A stretch of DNA of 62,840 bases, counting the filler, from Choristocarpus tenellus KU-1152 (Eukaryota > Protista > Phaeophyceae), in assembly GCA_964200185.2 (NCBI GenBank). It is 9 parts of 9 records of this genome, joined end to end, with 100 filler letters (N's around TTAATTAATTAA, not from the genome) between each part and the next. Parts side by side here need not be neighbours in the genome. Positions count along the whole stretch, not along the records: positions 19,988 to 32,069 come from CAXNAD020001985.1; positions 32,170 to 38,378 come from CAXNAD020008677.1; 7 more parts are not named here. One strand, written 5' to 3'. Positions 25,112 through 38,478 of the stretch are shown here, in pieces. The translations under genes and the position numbers were made by a program. The notes beneath the pieces were generated by a model, which had not been told where the DNA came from, searched no databases, and saw nothing but the letters and a program-made list of their open reading frames with translations. The number at the start of each line of letters is the position of its first letter. The stretch's first letter is position 1.

Positions 25112-28100
25112 TCAGTTAGCAGCTCTGACGACAGACTTAGAGGGTAGCTCAAGCGTAGCCGCGTAAGTGGAGATAAGCTTCTTGTCCAAAGAGGGGCAGC
25201 AGATGCCCGAATTGAGGAGCAAAACCTCCAGGTTGAAGCAATCGAGATGCCCTGGGTCGCTTAAGTAGTAATCAAAACTCTCAAGACCTGCCTCAAGCTA
25301 ACGGAAAACACAGCGGAGGTTATGGAAGGTGGGGGGGGGGCGGGGGGAGGAGGGGGCAACAGAAATTGTAAGCCGGAACAATAATGCAATCAGTCAACAA
25401 CTCTACATCTATCTGTACTCGGAAGGACTACCAACGATCGTAACGTTGGGGCATTAAAAACAATCCATTGTTATGCGTGTCAACTACAAAGATCGTCAAC
25501 TCATGGTATAAAGTGCCACTACACTCTTGGAGCAAAAGAGATTCTCATGGTTAAAAGACATCAACACTTCAATTGAAAAAAACAGAACTGCCAAAAACAA
25601 AAAGAAAGTCATCATCAAAAGGTAAGCCTCCACCATTTCACCTTCTTAAGGACACCTCCATTGGATATAGGACCGGGTTCACCCTCCTGTGCCTCTACAA
25701 GTGAACAGACACGGTCACGGAACTCATCAAATGGCATGCCTTCCAATCCAAGGCCGGTGCTCTCGCGCACCCATGACACCATGTCCTGGAAGGGTCTCAT
25801 CTCCCCTGGGTTTTGAATGTGAACAACCTTTATTTATGGGTTGCGTAGATACAATGAGAAGACAAGAGCTAAGAGTTCAGTAAGAGCAAGTGGATGCATA
25901 CTGTAGTGTAAGGGAGGGAAAGGAGGAGAGAGGTCAGGGTAGATAGGGTGGGGGGGAAGCAGAAAGGAGAATTGAAGCATGATAGTTTGCAGATATACAA
26001 CAGTGCCTTTGACGAAACTGACAAGTACTGCGCTTGGAAATGTTACTGTTGAACTTTGTGTACCTGTTCTTTTCCAGTAAAAGGGCATGAAGGGGATGGG
26101 AGGTGGTCCGTTTACAATGTGATTGGGCCTTGGTGCCTTTTGGTGGACACATCACTTCCCTGCCGCTGCTACAGCAGGTAACTCCAGAAAATGAACAACA
26201 CATCAACAAAGTGATCATGGCAAAGTGTCCACATCACCGTCCAACCATAGAACAACACATCAACAACTTCAATCAATTAAACCTCGAGAATTGAAATCTT
26301 AAGCTCAAGTGAGACACCTGAGGCCCTTCTGAATCCTCCGACTCATCTCAAGGAGCAATAGCGGCATCATCCCTGACAGTCCCCCCAAGGGATAATTAGA
26401 CCTGTCAGTCTACCTTCAGATCTGATCCAGTGCCTGAACCCTGATCAGGACAGCAAAGATACAGAGTCTCCATCTTTAAATTCCAATATTGCTCTGTCCT
26501 CCTAAGGATACAATGACGCAACCACATGAACAAGCACTGCCACAATCCTGACCAAACCCCCTCTAGTCTTGGGAGACAATGCCTGCATCAACAGCATCAA
26601 TCATATCAGCTCAGATATGTTATATCACAAAAAAAACGCTCAAGAGGTCTCCCACTCCCTGGCAGTCCCCCTCCTCCTCTGATCAGATTGCGACCGGCCT
26701 CTTGATGACAACAAATATTCTTCTTGGAGACGGTTGCGTGAGAAACCAACTACTAAGCTTCAATTTTGACTCTGCAGTCAAGGTGTTTTACCACAATTGA
26801 AGCAAGAACACACTGACCCATTGGCGGGGCAATGATATCTCAATGTTCAGAGGGAGGAGATGACCAGGCAGACTCACCTTTCCCAGACCCTTCACAGGAT
26901 GTTCAACAGCAATGTGCACCATTGCCCGGGCAGCAAAGTCCACAGGGGTCATGTCCGCCTTCCAGGTACTATTGTCAGGGACACAACCCACCTCCAGACA
27001 GCCCTGCAAAACGAAACAAAACAAAACAAAACAATTAAAAAAATAAAATAATTAACAATAACATACATAGAAGAGGGGACAACGCAATGAGACACCAAGA
27101 TTTATGTCTTGAAATCTCAATAAACAAGATTTCCTGTAAGGTCATTTTGTTAGGTGCAAAAAATACAGAGACAACAAGATAGATGTAGGCATAGGGAGAG
27201 GGGGTGTGTGTGTGTGTGTGAGAAAGGCATAAATGTGAAGGGGGCAATTGGTTTCAAACTCCTGGAGATTATCACTACTATACTGTACTACAATAAAAAT
27301 TGCTTGCACTGCTTATCTGCCTCAACCAACTGATGTGAATCCCAGCTGCTTCCATGGTTCTTCATCCTCCCCCTCTAAATCCTTTTTGGCATTGTACCTT
27401 CTGACATTGCTTGCACTCAAAGCCCACAAAACAAAAAATGCTGTAAAGGTTACCAACTATCAGAGGAATTACAATGCTGTTTGCGCAGGGAGGAGGCAGA
27501 TCATGAAAATATAAAAAAAAGTATCACTGACAAGCCCCAGAGCACCACACGACGAAACAATAGTAACATAACAAAAATATCCCAGAAAAAAATACTTGGA
27601 CGGTTCTTCTGTACTTACCCAGATAAGAACATCTGGGCAACCTTCACATCACAGGTGCCCACCCTATCCTCAACATCGTATAACACACATCACAGGTGCC
27701 CACCATATCCTCAACATCCTACAACCTCACCAAAAAAAACCCTGGACAAAGAACACACAACAGTTCAGTAATCCATTCTCACCTCAATTCCCCCAACCCC
27801 TACCCAACAAGCAATGGACAATCCCAATCAAAAACCATCCAATGAGCACCACTACTTCCATTCCCAGCCTCTTGCCTGAAGCAGAATGTAGATGAAGTCA
27901 GACCTATTCCAGATCCCAGTGACTGAAGACGGGGCCATGTTGCCTGGCCTAAGTATGCTCACAGGCAGACCCCTTTTTTGTGCATCCATACACATCCTCT
28001 CAGCTACCCACTTTGACTGAGCATATCCGTCATTCAAGTCTTTCCAGGTGTTACTGAGGTCAGCACGTTCCAGGAAGGTCTTATCCACTGAGGGAAAAAA

Positions 28101-29443
28101 AAAGGATTAAAAAAAAAAAAGCAAGCAGACTTGAGTTATTTATTACATTGCACAAACAAAAAACTGTCCTGAACATGGAAGTTTTTTTTGTTTCTCAGAG
28201 ATTAAAAAAAAAGAAGCATACGCTCTCTCTGCAGAAAAAAAAAGACGATAATCAAAAGCACTGTACGTCAACTCCCTCATGGCAGGTCTAGGCCTATATA
28301 TATTGAATTGTGCACCACTTCCTCTGCCATCTTTCATCTGATCACATCCAGCCCGAACAAGTCCCTGAACCTACAAATTTTATCAAGAAATAAAGGTGGA
28401 TTAACAAACATACACACACACACACAACAAATAACCAAAGATATACAGTATGAGAAACAGATCGCTTTTCACCAATAATTAAAGGAGGCAGCAGCAGTAG
28501 TACAATCAACACTCTACCCAATGACCACTACCTCTAAAGAGAGCCAGTAAATAGAGCCAGTAAAGAGAGCATCATACAATAGAGCCAGTAAACCCAGAAT
28601 TGTACTCAAGTCTTACCACCCGCATCCCTAACCCTAACCCTCCAACTGCATAGCGGAAAGACACTTGTATGAAAAATTGGGAGTGTTACCTGAGTTGAAG
28701 GGGAATACTCCATTGGTGGAAACGAAGTGGACAGGTTTTACACGAGTGCCAAAGGCGTTTGTCACTGCCAGACGGAGGACCTCCTGCATTTTTTTTTTCA
28801 AAAAGGGAACAAATAAAAACATAAAAAATATATTAACGTACTACTTACTGTGTGTGTACAGACAAATAAAAATGTGTAGTGGATATCTTCGGAATAAAAA
28901 AATAATAATAAAAGAAAACAGTCGATAACTGCTGGTGCTCCTAGTACAAAAGTGTCACCAATGCTTTACAGTAGGGGGGAGTGGGGAGGGTATCATGCAA
29001 AGCAACTCTTCAGGACCCTGTCAAATAACTTGGAGGTCTGCTAGTATCTTCAGTTTGTGTTTGTGATTCCTCCTCTGCCGCTTGCTTGATTGCACAGGAC
29101 GTACCCAATACAATAATGGTAGATATATAAGAAAAAGAGAGAAAAAATAACATTTTTCTTCTTCTGATGTTTGCACACTGACATTTTTTTTTCTCCTCTT
29201 CCAAACAAGTAAAAAAAAAAGAAAAAAGACCATTTTCAGGATAAGCGTGTGGTACTCTACAGAGTGTACCGTTTTTGAATTTAAATTTTTAACAGCCACA
29301 AGTAAAAAGTAAAAAACAATGCCACGACAAAAAGCACAATAAAATAAAATATAGTAACAAAATGCCTAATATGATTCGTAGCACACTCAAAAATACATAA
29401 AAACTGAACAAATCTCCAATAGCACTTTTGAATTAAAAAATAA

Positions 29444-29489
<46 letters not shown>

Positions 29490-29965
29490 ACTTCACCTGT
29501 GTTCCCAAAACATTGACAGGCTTTAGTGAACGATAGGACCTAACCAGGTTAACTGAAGCACCGTTGTGGATGATGGCATCCAGCTCACCAGCTAGCATCT
29601 GCAGTATTGACATTGTGATTTATTATTATTCTTATTTTGACAAAAGGAGGGGATGCACGATAGATGTGATGTTTCTCACAATTAATCTTTTACACTCACA
29701 TATATTCATACATATATATAATATATATCCCTGTTTTTTTTCTGTTTTTTACCTGATTTAAAAATATAAAAATTAAAATAAATAATATTAAAAAAATAAT
29801 GTAGAGGCTACACCAAAATGCAAAAATAAGAAAAATATGGTGAACCCAGATGTGTATCCTCAATCCTGTCTCTGCCTTTTTGAATGAAATAATGCAAAAC
29901 CTCTTACACACATACACACAAAAACATACCTAACATACAGGACACACACATACACATCCTTACAT

Positions 29966-30005
<40 letters not shown>

Positions 30006-31028
30006 TTTCCAATTATTTAAAAAATTAGATATGTTCTGATTTCTTGCCCTGTTGAAATCCAAACCCGGTCATATATCGGATTTTTTTTTTCACAAAAAAT
30101 ATCATAATGATCACAAAAGCTAAAATTAAAATAAACAAAAGTTCAAACAAGAACCATGGCCAAAATTCGTTCATTTTAATTTAGTTCTTAGCCAAGGCTT
30201 TCGCGTAATATGAAACCCAATCCGCTACATCATGATTTTTACACTGTATTTATTTTCTTCTCACCTTCTCCCCACTACACCAATAATAAATAAAATCACT
30301 AGTCTAACATAAAAAAAAGTATCCTCTGTTTCTATTTCTAAAACCCTTACCAAGTATACAACAATAAAACATTTCAACTAATTTAACACACACACACACA
30401 CACACATGTATTTGTATACCCCACCTGGAAGTCTGAGTTACTTAGACCCAAAAGGGGCATGGAGAGATTGCCCAAAACCGGAACAATTCTTTCCTCCACA
30501 CCCATAGCTTCCATTTCTTCCCACATGCCGTATCTGTTGCCATTGCCACCAATAACACGAGATCATTTACACATCAAGTAGGATCAAGTAGGGAGGATGA
30601 CACTTGTTAGGTAGGCAGGGGTTGGAGTTGATTGAGGGGAAACTTCCTAATTAAATAAATAAATAAAACAGAATGTTCAGTGATGGGTCTTGACGTCTTG
30701 ATGCTGCCCACAATTTCTCGCCACCCTCTGACAAATTCTATCAAGTCTTCGAGATTGACAGTATTAGAGTGGGTTTCAAGGAGAAAAGTGTGTGTGTCTG
30801 CAGGGGGAGGGGGGGGGGAGTTCTATCACCCCCTGAACAAATGTTCTACATACTGCATTTATCAAATTCTTCAATATTTCAACAAGAATATTAATATTAA
30901 AAAAAACACACACACGCAAAATACAAAAAAAACATTTTTTTCTCCACTAATATACCATGCATAAAAATAAATGCCACACAACCATGAAAGATACTCACTA
31001 AATCCGTTCTAACTTCAACTCCCTTTTC

Positions 31029-31059
<31 letters not shown>

Positions 31060-31073
31060 AAAAAAAACAAAAA

Positions 31074-31110
<37 letters not shown>

Positions 31111-32041
31111 AATAATATAANNNNNNNNNNAAAGATACTCACTAAATCCGTTTTAACCTCAACTCCCTTTTCCCCCCCCCCCCCCCCCCAAAAAAGAAAA
31201 GAATACATACATACACACACACATAAATAAAAATATCTCACATTTGCATTGAATCTTGAACTCGCTTCATGGCAGCCTCTTCAGTGGCAGCCCTGATCAG
31301 GCAGTACACCTCCACCTTCCATTTTTTTTTCACATCAAATAAAAAATTTGAATACACTGCACTTCAATAAACAGTTGCACTGTCTACATTGAATAAAAAA
31401 CTATAAACATATCCACGTTGGTGTATCAACCAAAACAAGCACCACCCTGGGGGTACATGTGGAAATCATGCAAAGGCTACTCACTATACTGCCTTCCTAC
31501 CTGCAATCAAAACCTCTCTCCAGAATATAGAAAAAAAATGTGCAAGTTGGAACTCCATGGGGGGGGGGGAGGTGAGGAAAGAAGACAAAACCAACTAAGA
31601 GAGGCTGAAAAAATGTCCAACAAAGATCGCTTAGCCGCTCCTTTCCCCTTCCCTAACCCTAACGCTAACTCTACTTTTCCAACCATCGTCACAATTGCCC
31701 CATCACAACCAGCTCCAACCGAGCCCAGATGATGCCCTCGGGGACGGGAGATGAGGGGGGGATGGGAAAAAGGTCGATAGCACGCAACTGGCTCTACTCT
31801 TAAAGACCCTACATATCCAAACAAAAGTAAAAAAGGTGTATGGCAGAGATAACTAACTGCAACACACTCCTCGAAAAGAAGTAATGTAAATGCCTTTAGT
31901 TGTACATTCCACAAAACCTCACTCACCTCTGTGTCCCTCAGAAGCGAACCAAGAATGTGTGTACCAAGGAACCCAGTAGCACCTGTCAACATAACCCGGT
32001 GAGGAGGCTTCACTGCACTCACAGTTCGGAATCTCGAATAC
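25112..32041 (-). CDS. C-terminal thioester reductase (R; NAD_binding_4 / SDR_e1) domain of an NRPS-like / CAR / Lys2-type enzyme, 5'-truncated. Exons: 32041-31927, 31315-31242, 30533-30425, 29598-29497, 28783-28690, 28087-27876, 27003-26878, 25827-25642, 25297-25112
   Basis: All nine exons splice in frame (~400 aa) to TGA. Motifs: VMLTGATGFLG, VYCLIRA, VPVLGNLS.PLLGL, DAIIHNGASVN, LKPVNVLGTQEVLRLA, HFVST, GYAQSKWVAE (YxxxK), ILRPG, DMTPVDFAA, ICCP. Confidence 0.93.
27645..27725. repeat. Two-copy ~41-bp tandem repeat in an intron
   Basis: CACATCACAGGTGCCCACC(C/A)TATCCTCAACATC occurs twice. Confidence 0.85.
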
Positions 32042-32169
32042 CTACCAGGAAAATTGTTTTATAGCGGGGNNNNNNNNNNNNNNNNNNNNNNNNNNNNNNN
32101 NNNNNNNNNNNNNTTAATTAATTAANNNNNNNNNNNNNNNNNNNNNNNNNNNNNNNNNNNNNNNNNNNN

Positions 32170-32215
32170 GGTCATAATGGTGTTTATGAAACCGCCACCA
32201 AGACATATCGCCTGT
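32170..32215 (-). mobile_element. Copia-type LTR end plus leader fragment
   Basis: Minus strand ...CTACA|GGCGATATGTCTTGGTGGCGGTTTCATAAACACCATTATG closely matches the sequence upstream of the copia gag at 45343-45387. Confidence 0.45.
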
Positions 32216-32604
32216 AGCAGTATACTTCTTCGGTATAGCACTCTCGTACTTTCTTAACTATTGTGTGTTGGTTTCCTCTGCTTTTCTTCGATGATTGTTG
32301 TGGGACGCTGAGGCTGTACGACATGAGAAACCCACATCATATCTTCTATTATAATATTGTAGGGATCTGTTAGGGACAGGTCCCTTTTTTTGGGATTTCC
32401 CAACGCTGATGAGGATTATGCACACAGTCATATACTTTTGCTCCCCATCCTTTGTCATTGACGCTACCCCGAGTCACGTATGTGGTATGGGTCAGACTTA
32501 CGACCAGCTCGCGCTAACCCTGACATGAACGGTGGATTCAAACGAACAAAGTTAAATATTGTGTTTTCTGTTCTTCTGACTGATCACAACCGATCACATA
32601 TCAG

Positions 32605-33120
32605 AAAGCCAAAGATCAACACGTTTTAGCATCATTGGTAACCCTCCACCAATAATACACAGACTTTTATATTATGGAAGCACAATAATATGATGGAGTA
32701 TGGAGTGAGAGTGTGAGGGGAAGATCGATGGAGTTCAAGGGTGCGTATTATGGTAGTTTTTAATTATGTATTTTTAGTGTATGTTTTGTATTGACTATTG
32801 AGGGTGCGAGGAAGAATGTACCTCAAACATGGCTGTATCATGGTAGTTTCGAATCATATCCATCCATATAGTTAGTGATTAATCTCATCGATGAAATAAC
32901 AGAATTAGATAGATACTAACACAAAGCCCAAGATCGACACGTTTTAGCAAGTATCATTTGTAGGTGGGAGAAACCCTACATCACTAAGACACAGACTTTT
33001 AAATATGGAACCATAATAATAGTGTGGAGTATGGAGTTCAAGGGTAGGTATTCTGGTAGTTTTGAATCATCTATTAATATAGTGAGTTCTACATGTATGT
33101 AGTACATTGACTATTGAACA
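32605..33120. repeat. Diverged direct repeat, period ~318 bp, two copies
   Basis: AAAGCC.AAGATC.ACACGTTTTAGCA...ACACAGACTTTTA...GGAGTATGGAG...TCAAGGGT at ~32605 and ~32923. Confidence 0.8.
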
Positions 33121-33424
33121 TAACCTTTCTTTCTATGGTACTTGAATTTTTATATGAATGGTGGTGTTACATAGTGTTGTAGGACGGGTTGATTACTTGG
33201 AAGGAGTCTGTAATTGTGGGTAGATGTTCTTTCTGATCAGTTGAAGATCTTACGTTGTGGAATTTACTCATTAGGTGTGGTACTAGAATATCCTATTTTG
33301 TCCTCGTCTTTTGACTGGGACAGGTCCTTGTTTGATTAACTTGTTCCACTCTTGTTCGTGATAGTGACCAAAAAAGAAACCGTTGACGGTATCTATTGGA
33401 TTGGGTATATCGGTAACAATGTTT

Positions 33425-34030
33425 CTATACTATTATACCTCTAACATTTTACAGATGTGTCAGGGGAAAATTTCTATACTGTTGTCATACTTATCAACCA
33501 ACCGACGATTTCTTAGTGGGCGGAAATAAATGGTAAATCTCCATATTTGTTTTGGAGACCACAAATAGGAAGTGTGCATTTCAAAATGCCGCTCAATGCA
33601 GGTAAGGTGAAGAATAATAGTATGTTGTATATAGTGATGAAGTGATCAACAGAAGATGGTCACATCTTTGTTTGTAACAGACCCTTCCTCTCTACTTTTT
33701 CTTCCTTTCTGAAGAGTAGGATTTTCAATTAAACTTTTTATCACTTGATGCGTGTATGATATTATGCATATATGATTGTGTGTACGAACCACTCCAGAAC
33801 TACTATTAATCACGAGATCAACCATATTGTCTTGACCTAAAACTGGATGATGCCGATAGTGGTTCTTTTCTTTTCTCACTCAATAAAGATTACTTCTACG
33901 ATCCCAGAATGCCTCACCTGTAACTTGGAGAAATTATAGTCTTTCACACCTGCCAAGGGATTCTCACGGACAGAACTGTACTGTGTGGACCTACCTCATA
34001 TCACGAAGTTGCAATGGGTCTCGTGTGACC
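33425..34030 (-). mobile_element. Highly decayed RLE-type non-LTR copy with 3' stem-loop
   Basis: 3' end CCCCTGACACATCTGTAAAATGTTAGAGGTATAATAG (33430-33468); upstream MVDLVI and KDVTI resemble RLE D..D motifs (weak). Confidence 0.45.
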
Positions 34031-34552
34031 ACTGAGATCTATCTGCATGCTGGTGACCACTATGTGCTTGTTTTGTATGGTGGGACTGCGCGATTGATTT
34101 GGGTGTTGTTGCTGTTACTGGAGAGTTGAGTGTTAAGTACTTGCGTCAAATTTCTGTCAACTAAGATCTGTGGGAAACTGTCAATTACAGTGATAACAGT
34201 GGATCGCGAATGTTCTCAGTGAAAGGTGAGCTGCGTGTCTAGGTGGAGTGCTAGCTAATGGGGAGTGTGCCCTGTTGTTGCCAATTTTAGGGGTTCTGTT
34301 GATGAAACTCAGGTCAATTTCGATCAACCAGTATGGCTTGGCGATCTGCTCGTCGACATCTCGAAATTGGTAAGTTATGACCCCCCCCCCTTCGGATGGC
34401 AGCACGAATTGTACGCCTCTCTTGCCCCCCTGCCTGACCTACATGAAACATCCTGACTAAAATGGACTTGCTTCATGTGAGCCCACATTATTCGATGTAT
34501 ACTCCCTCTCCCACGGTTGATTGTCCCTCGGCTCGATTTCAAGTGGTAAATA

Positions 34553-34730
34553 GACCAAAATATCTGGGGGGGGGGGGAAGGGGTCGACACCAGGTTGTCC
34601 ATTTGGACAAAAATCAGGAAAAATGCATTTCATTATCCATCCGACGCACGCAACCAAATCACTCAAAAATTGCGACAGGAAAAAACTGACCCCAAATGGA
34701 CAGCCACCCCCCGCCCCCCAAATACCGAGC
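34553..34730 (-). mobile_element. Family-B MITE, reverse orientation
   Basis: Reverse complement of the 23657-23841 interior (GACACCAGG.TGTCCATTTG, GCAACCAAATCAC..AAAA.TGCGACA); one TIR is decayed. Confidence 0.8.
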
Positions 34731-35152
34731 GAGTTATTTGATTAATCTATGACCCCGACTTAATGTGATTTCAATCTCGACCTTGGGTGACACTTACCCT
34801 GGCTATATTGAAGGGCTCAGTTGCGATGGACCTATAGTTTTTGTCAAGTATCAGTTGGAAAGTCCAGGAAATCTCCCAGACTACCCATCTTTCACCATCA
34901 TCATCCTATGATCACCCGTGATTTTCAATACCCTTTCCACCCCTGTCTCTCTCTTGGTTCTCGCCTTCCCCTATTTTTTTCTGTCCTTTTCGGCACGGCT
35001 CGGAATGTCTTTGTCCTGTCCGCCCACAACCTGTTCTTGGCGAAACCTTCGGTACCATCTGCCGATGACTCGATCTACCTTCAGTACCAGGGAAGAAATC
35101 CCCTGTGTCCTCTACCCCCCCTGCCACTCCCGAAGCGGTCGATGACGACGTG

Positions 35153-37340
35153 ATGATGATGGCTGATGTAGAAGACCTTTGGCAGAGATCTGATCTCACA
35201 GGGACGAAGAGAAAATCGGAGAGTAATCTTTGCGCTTACGCAACTGCAACGTCTTCCTCGCCCTCTTTAACGCCTGGCATGGTGTCGGTTGACATGGACT
35301 ACGGGAATGCAGCAGGGGGTTGGACTTCGGGAGTACTGCAGACCTCCCAAAGCATGGACAACGAAGCGGGTCTGGGGTTTCAAGGGCAGGATGGCTTCTG
35401 TGAGTGTTGAGATTGAAGACTTGTGCGGGAAATGATGGCAATGGGGATGGGAGAGGAGAAGGGGGAAGGTTTCTAGGGTTCAGGGATAGGTTCTAAAGTA
35501 TGATGAGTTGTCTGTGTGTGTTGGAGATTGTGTACAATCTCTTTAGTGATCAAGTGTGAGTTGGTGTTACCATTTTTTTTTGTAATTGTCAAGAGAGGTT
35601 GCTTTGTGTATTTTTGGGAGGTATTGTGTTGATATGCTCTATGTGCAATTTAAAGTTGACAGGGGGGGGGGTCGAAGAAGCAGAGTGGACTAAAGGGCAC
35701 TATTGTGCATAGCAGGGGTCAATGGAATGCCTAGCTAGGACTACGTCTTTCTGTGGGGCCTCTGTATTGAAGAGTGAACAGGTATCCACAACCTGGCTGG
35801 GGACAACTATCAGGCAAAATGTATACACCATTGGAAAGGCTTACATATCGCATTGGTCCAATATGATGCATTTCTTCTGTAACATTTTTAATATCAATCC
35901 CTCATGCTTAAGTTTTACTTTCACCCTCATGTGTTTATGCCACAGCTCCCTCTTGAATACACTCCCAAACCTCTTATACGGAGTGTCTCTATGCCACAGC
36001 CTCCTCTTCAGTGCACTCCGAAACCACTTAAATGGAATGTTGTGCTTTTTGGCTCTGTCACAACTAAACTTTTCTTGCCCGGTCTGCTAACAATACGTCA
36101 TTCTTTCATATTCCTTGTTAACCTACCAGTCGCCGTTCTCACTGCCTAGGCGGGCACGCTCAATCATTTGTTGTTACTCCGGCAATGTTTTGATGCTACA
36201 GATGTTTGCCTTATGGCATTGACCTTGGCCGGAAGTCCATAATTTGCCACCCCCTTTCCCTTCCCACCCCCACTTTACATTTGGTGGTCATCACATGATA
36301 TGCTGACTATTCACACATACGGATTAGTTGCCTGTTGATGGACATGTTACTTCTTTGTGGTGGCTGTGTTATACTGATTGGTTTCCTTCAATTGTTTGCT
36401 TCCCCCTCTTCCCCTTCTCCTCCCTCCTCCCACCCTCTCCTCGTCAACAATATCTTCAGTTGAGCCAGGGATGAATGCAACAGCGGAATATTTAAGTATC
36501 TATCAGCAGCAACAGCAGCAGCAACAGCAGCAGCAACCGCAGCGTCTGAGGTTGAACACAACTCAGTCGCTTTCACCAGGGACCCCACCCCTTCCTGTTC
36601 TTGGGAGGGGGAGTAGGAGTGGGGTGCTCCCTCGGTCTGCGTCCTGGGCAGGGGCAGATATGGGAGTGCCCTCAGGCCAAGTGAAACGACCGCTGTCATT
36701 TTGTTCCTCTGACTCCCTTCAAAAGGATGTTGCAAGGGTTGTGACTGGGACTGCAGGGGTAACCTTTACAGCTGAACCTACTGCCATATCTTCCGCTGGT
36801 AGCACGCGTACTACAGCCACAGTGGCACCTGTGACTGCTCCTGTGGTGGCCTCTGTGGCCCCCACGAACACACTTTTATATGGGGGAATGATGCACAAGC
36901 AATCTCCAAGTCAAGCAGCCACTTTGGGACTTAGTGGGCAGCATAATCGCCTTGGGTTTGGACTAGGGCATGGAGGGGGGGGAGCAGCAGGGGCAGCGGC
37001 AGGTGCAGCGGCAGCTGCAGTTGCGGCAGCTGCTGCTGGAGTTGGGGGGATATCTCCCAGGGCAGCTGGGGATGCTGTGGAAGGATTGACACTGTCTGGC
37101 CAGACCTTGGCTCAAGGTACTATGGGACAAGCTATGGCAGGACAGACAGGCATAGGGAATAGGGTCGGGCACAGTAGCCCACTCCAGCATCTTGGGAGGG
37201 ACCTTGGGGTGTGGGCTGGAGCAAGGGTTGGATCCGGGGTAGGTGTTGGGGCGACTGTGAGGGTTGAAGGGGGCCATGTGCAATCTAACCCGAAGTTGGA
37301 GCTGAGGTCACATAGCTTTGACTCAGGCACGAGGTTGCAG
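35153..37340 (+). CDS. Low-complexity (poly-Q, G/A/T-rich) protein of unknown function; exons 35153-35399 and 36460-37340, 3'-incomplete
   Basis: Donor T|GTGAGT at 35399/35400 and acceptor CTTCAG|TT at 36459/36460 are phase-compatible; 881-bp open exon ends in CAG|GTGCGT. Start codon uncertain. Confidence 0.7.
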
Positions 37341-38478
37341 GTGCGTGTTTTATTTATATGACCTGTGTGGGCAAGGCGGAGGTAGGAGGAGGAAGGAGAA
37401 AGGGACCTCTGTTTAAGGGATAGTGATGTTATGGGGGCCTACCTGTTAGTTTGATTTTTTTAGTCTCTCATTGAGTGAGGACTAAAGTGTACAATTTTAC
37501 TGTAGTTGCAATTTTCTTTTTGTTAGTCTTTGTGTGCTTCCCCCCCCCCCCTATGTGATGCTTTCATCACAGGCCTGTAATACCATTTTTGCCTGGTGTA
37601 TGTGAATGGGTTCTGTTTCCTCGAGTAAAACCTTCCCTTAGTGATTAGGGGATATTTTTGAGTTATCTGGAAGAGTAGAAGGGGAGTTGTGGTGTGATAG
37701 GTGTTTAAGAAAAAAAAGCCCGGATAAGTCATGCTTATGTTTGGGTTCCACCCTCTTCCCTGTCAAGTATTTTTGGATGAAGTTTCATGTTCGAGGTGTT
37801 TCCGAAATATTCTTGAAATGCATTTGCATCATGTAGTTGTTGTCTTTAAGGGGTATTGAGTACGATGTTGCACTCTATTGCAAATCGAAGGATGCTTCAT
37901 GTGCAGAGCATTGCCTAGTTTGGTGGAAGCTTGAGGGTGCTACAGGGTGCTACAGGGCAACTTTTGTGTTGTGTGTACCTCGCTTTCCCTGTTTGTCTTA
38001 TTGGGTTAATACTTACCCCTTGTTATGTGTGTGTGAGAAAAGGGAGACCATCCTATGCTTGAATCGTTCGGATGACACCGCCTGCCATGTGAGGGTGAGC
38101 CCCCCAGAGCCCCCTTCAGACCGATGCACTCATCCTTTCCCAGCTGTTATCAACGCAAGCTGGGAATCTTTGTTGTGGTTGAGGGGCTCGCTTGCTCCAC
38201 CTCTCCCTTCCTGCCCCGCCCCCCCCCGCTTTCCAACTTGTAGCTGCTGTCACAGTGACAGAAGGGTTTGATTTCTGTACGTTTTTTGATTCCTCTCCCT
38301 CCTTCCCACCCTTCACATCGCCCTCACTCTTTGTTTCATTACTCTAACACAGAGAGGGGCTGGGGCGGCGTTGCCCCCNNNNNNNNNNNNNNNNNNNNNN
38401 NNNNNNNNNNNNNNNNNNNNNNTTAATTAATTAANNNNNNNNNNNNNNNNNNNNNNNNNNNNNNNNNNNNNNNNNNNN

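Noticed and set aside
30985-31195. ~55-bp duplication flanking an internal 10-N gap
   Set aside because: Lies beside long homopolymers at a scaffold gap; probably an assembly artefact.
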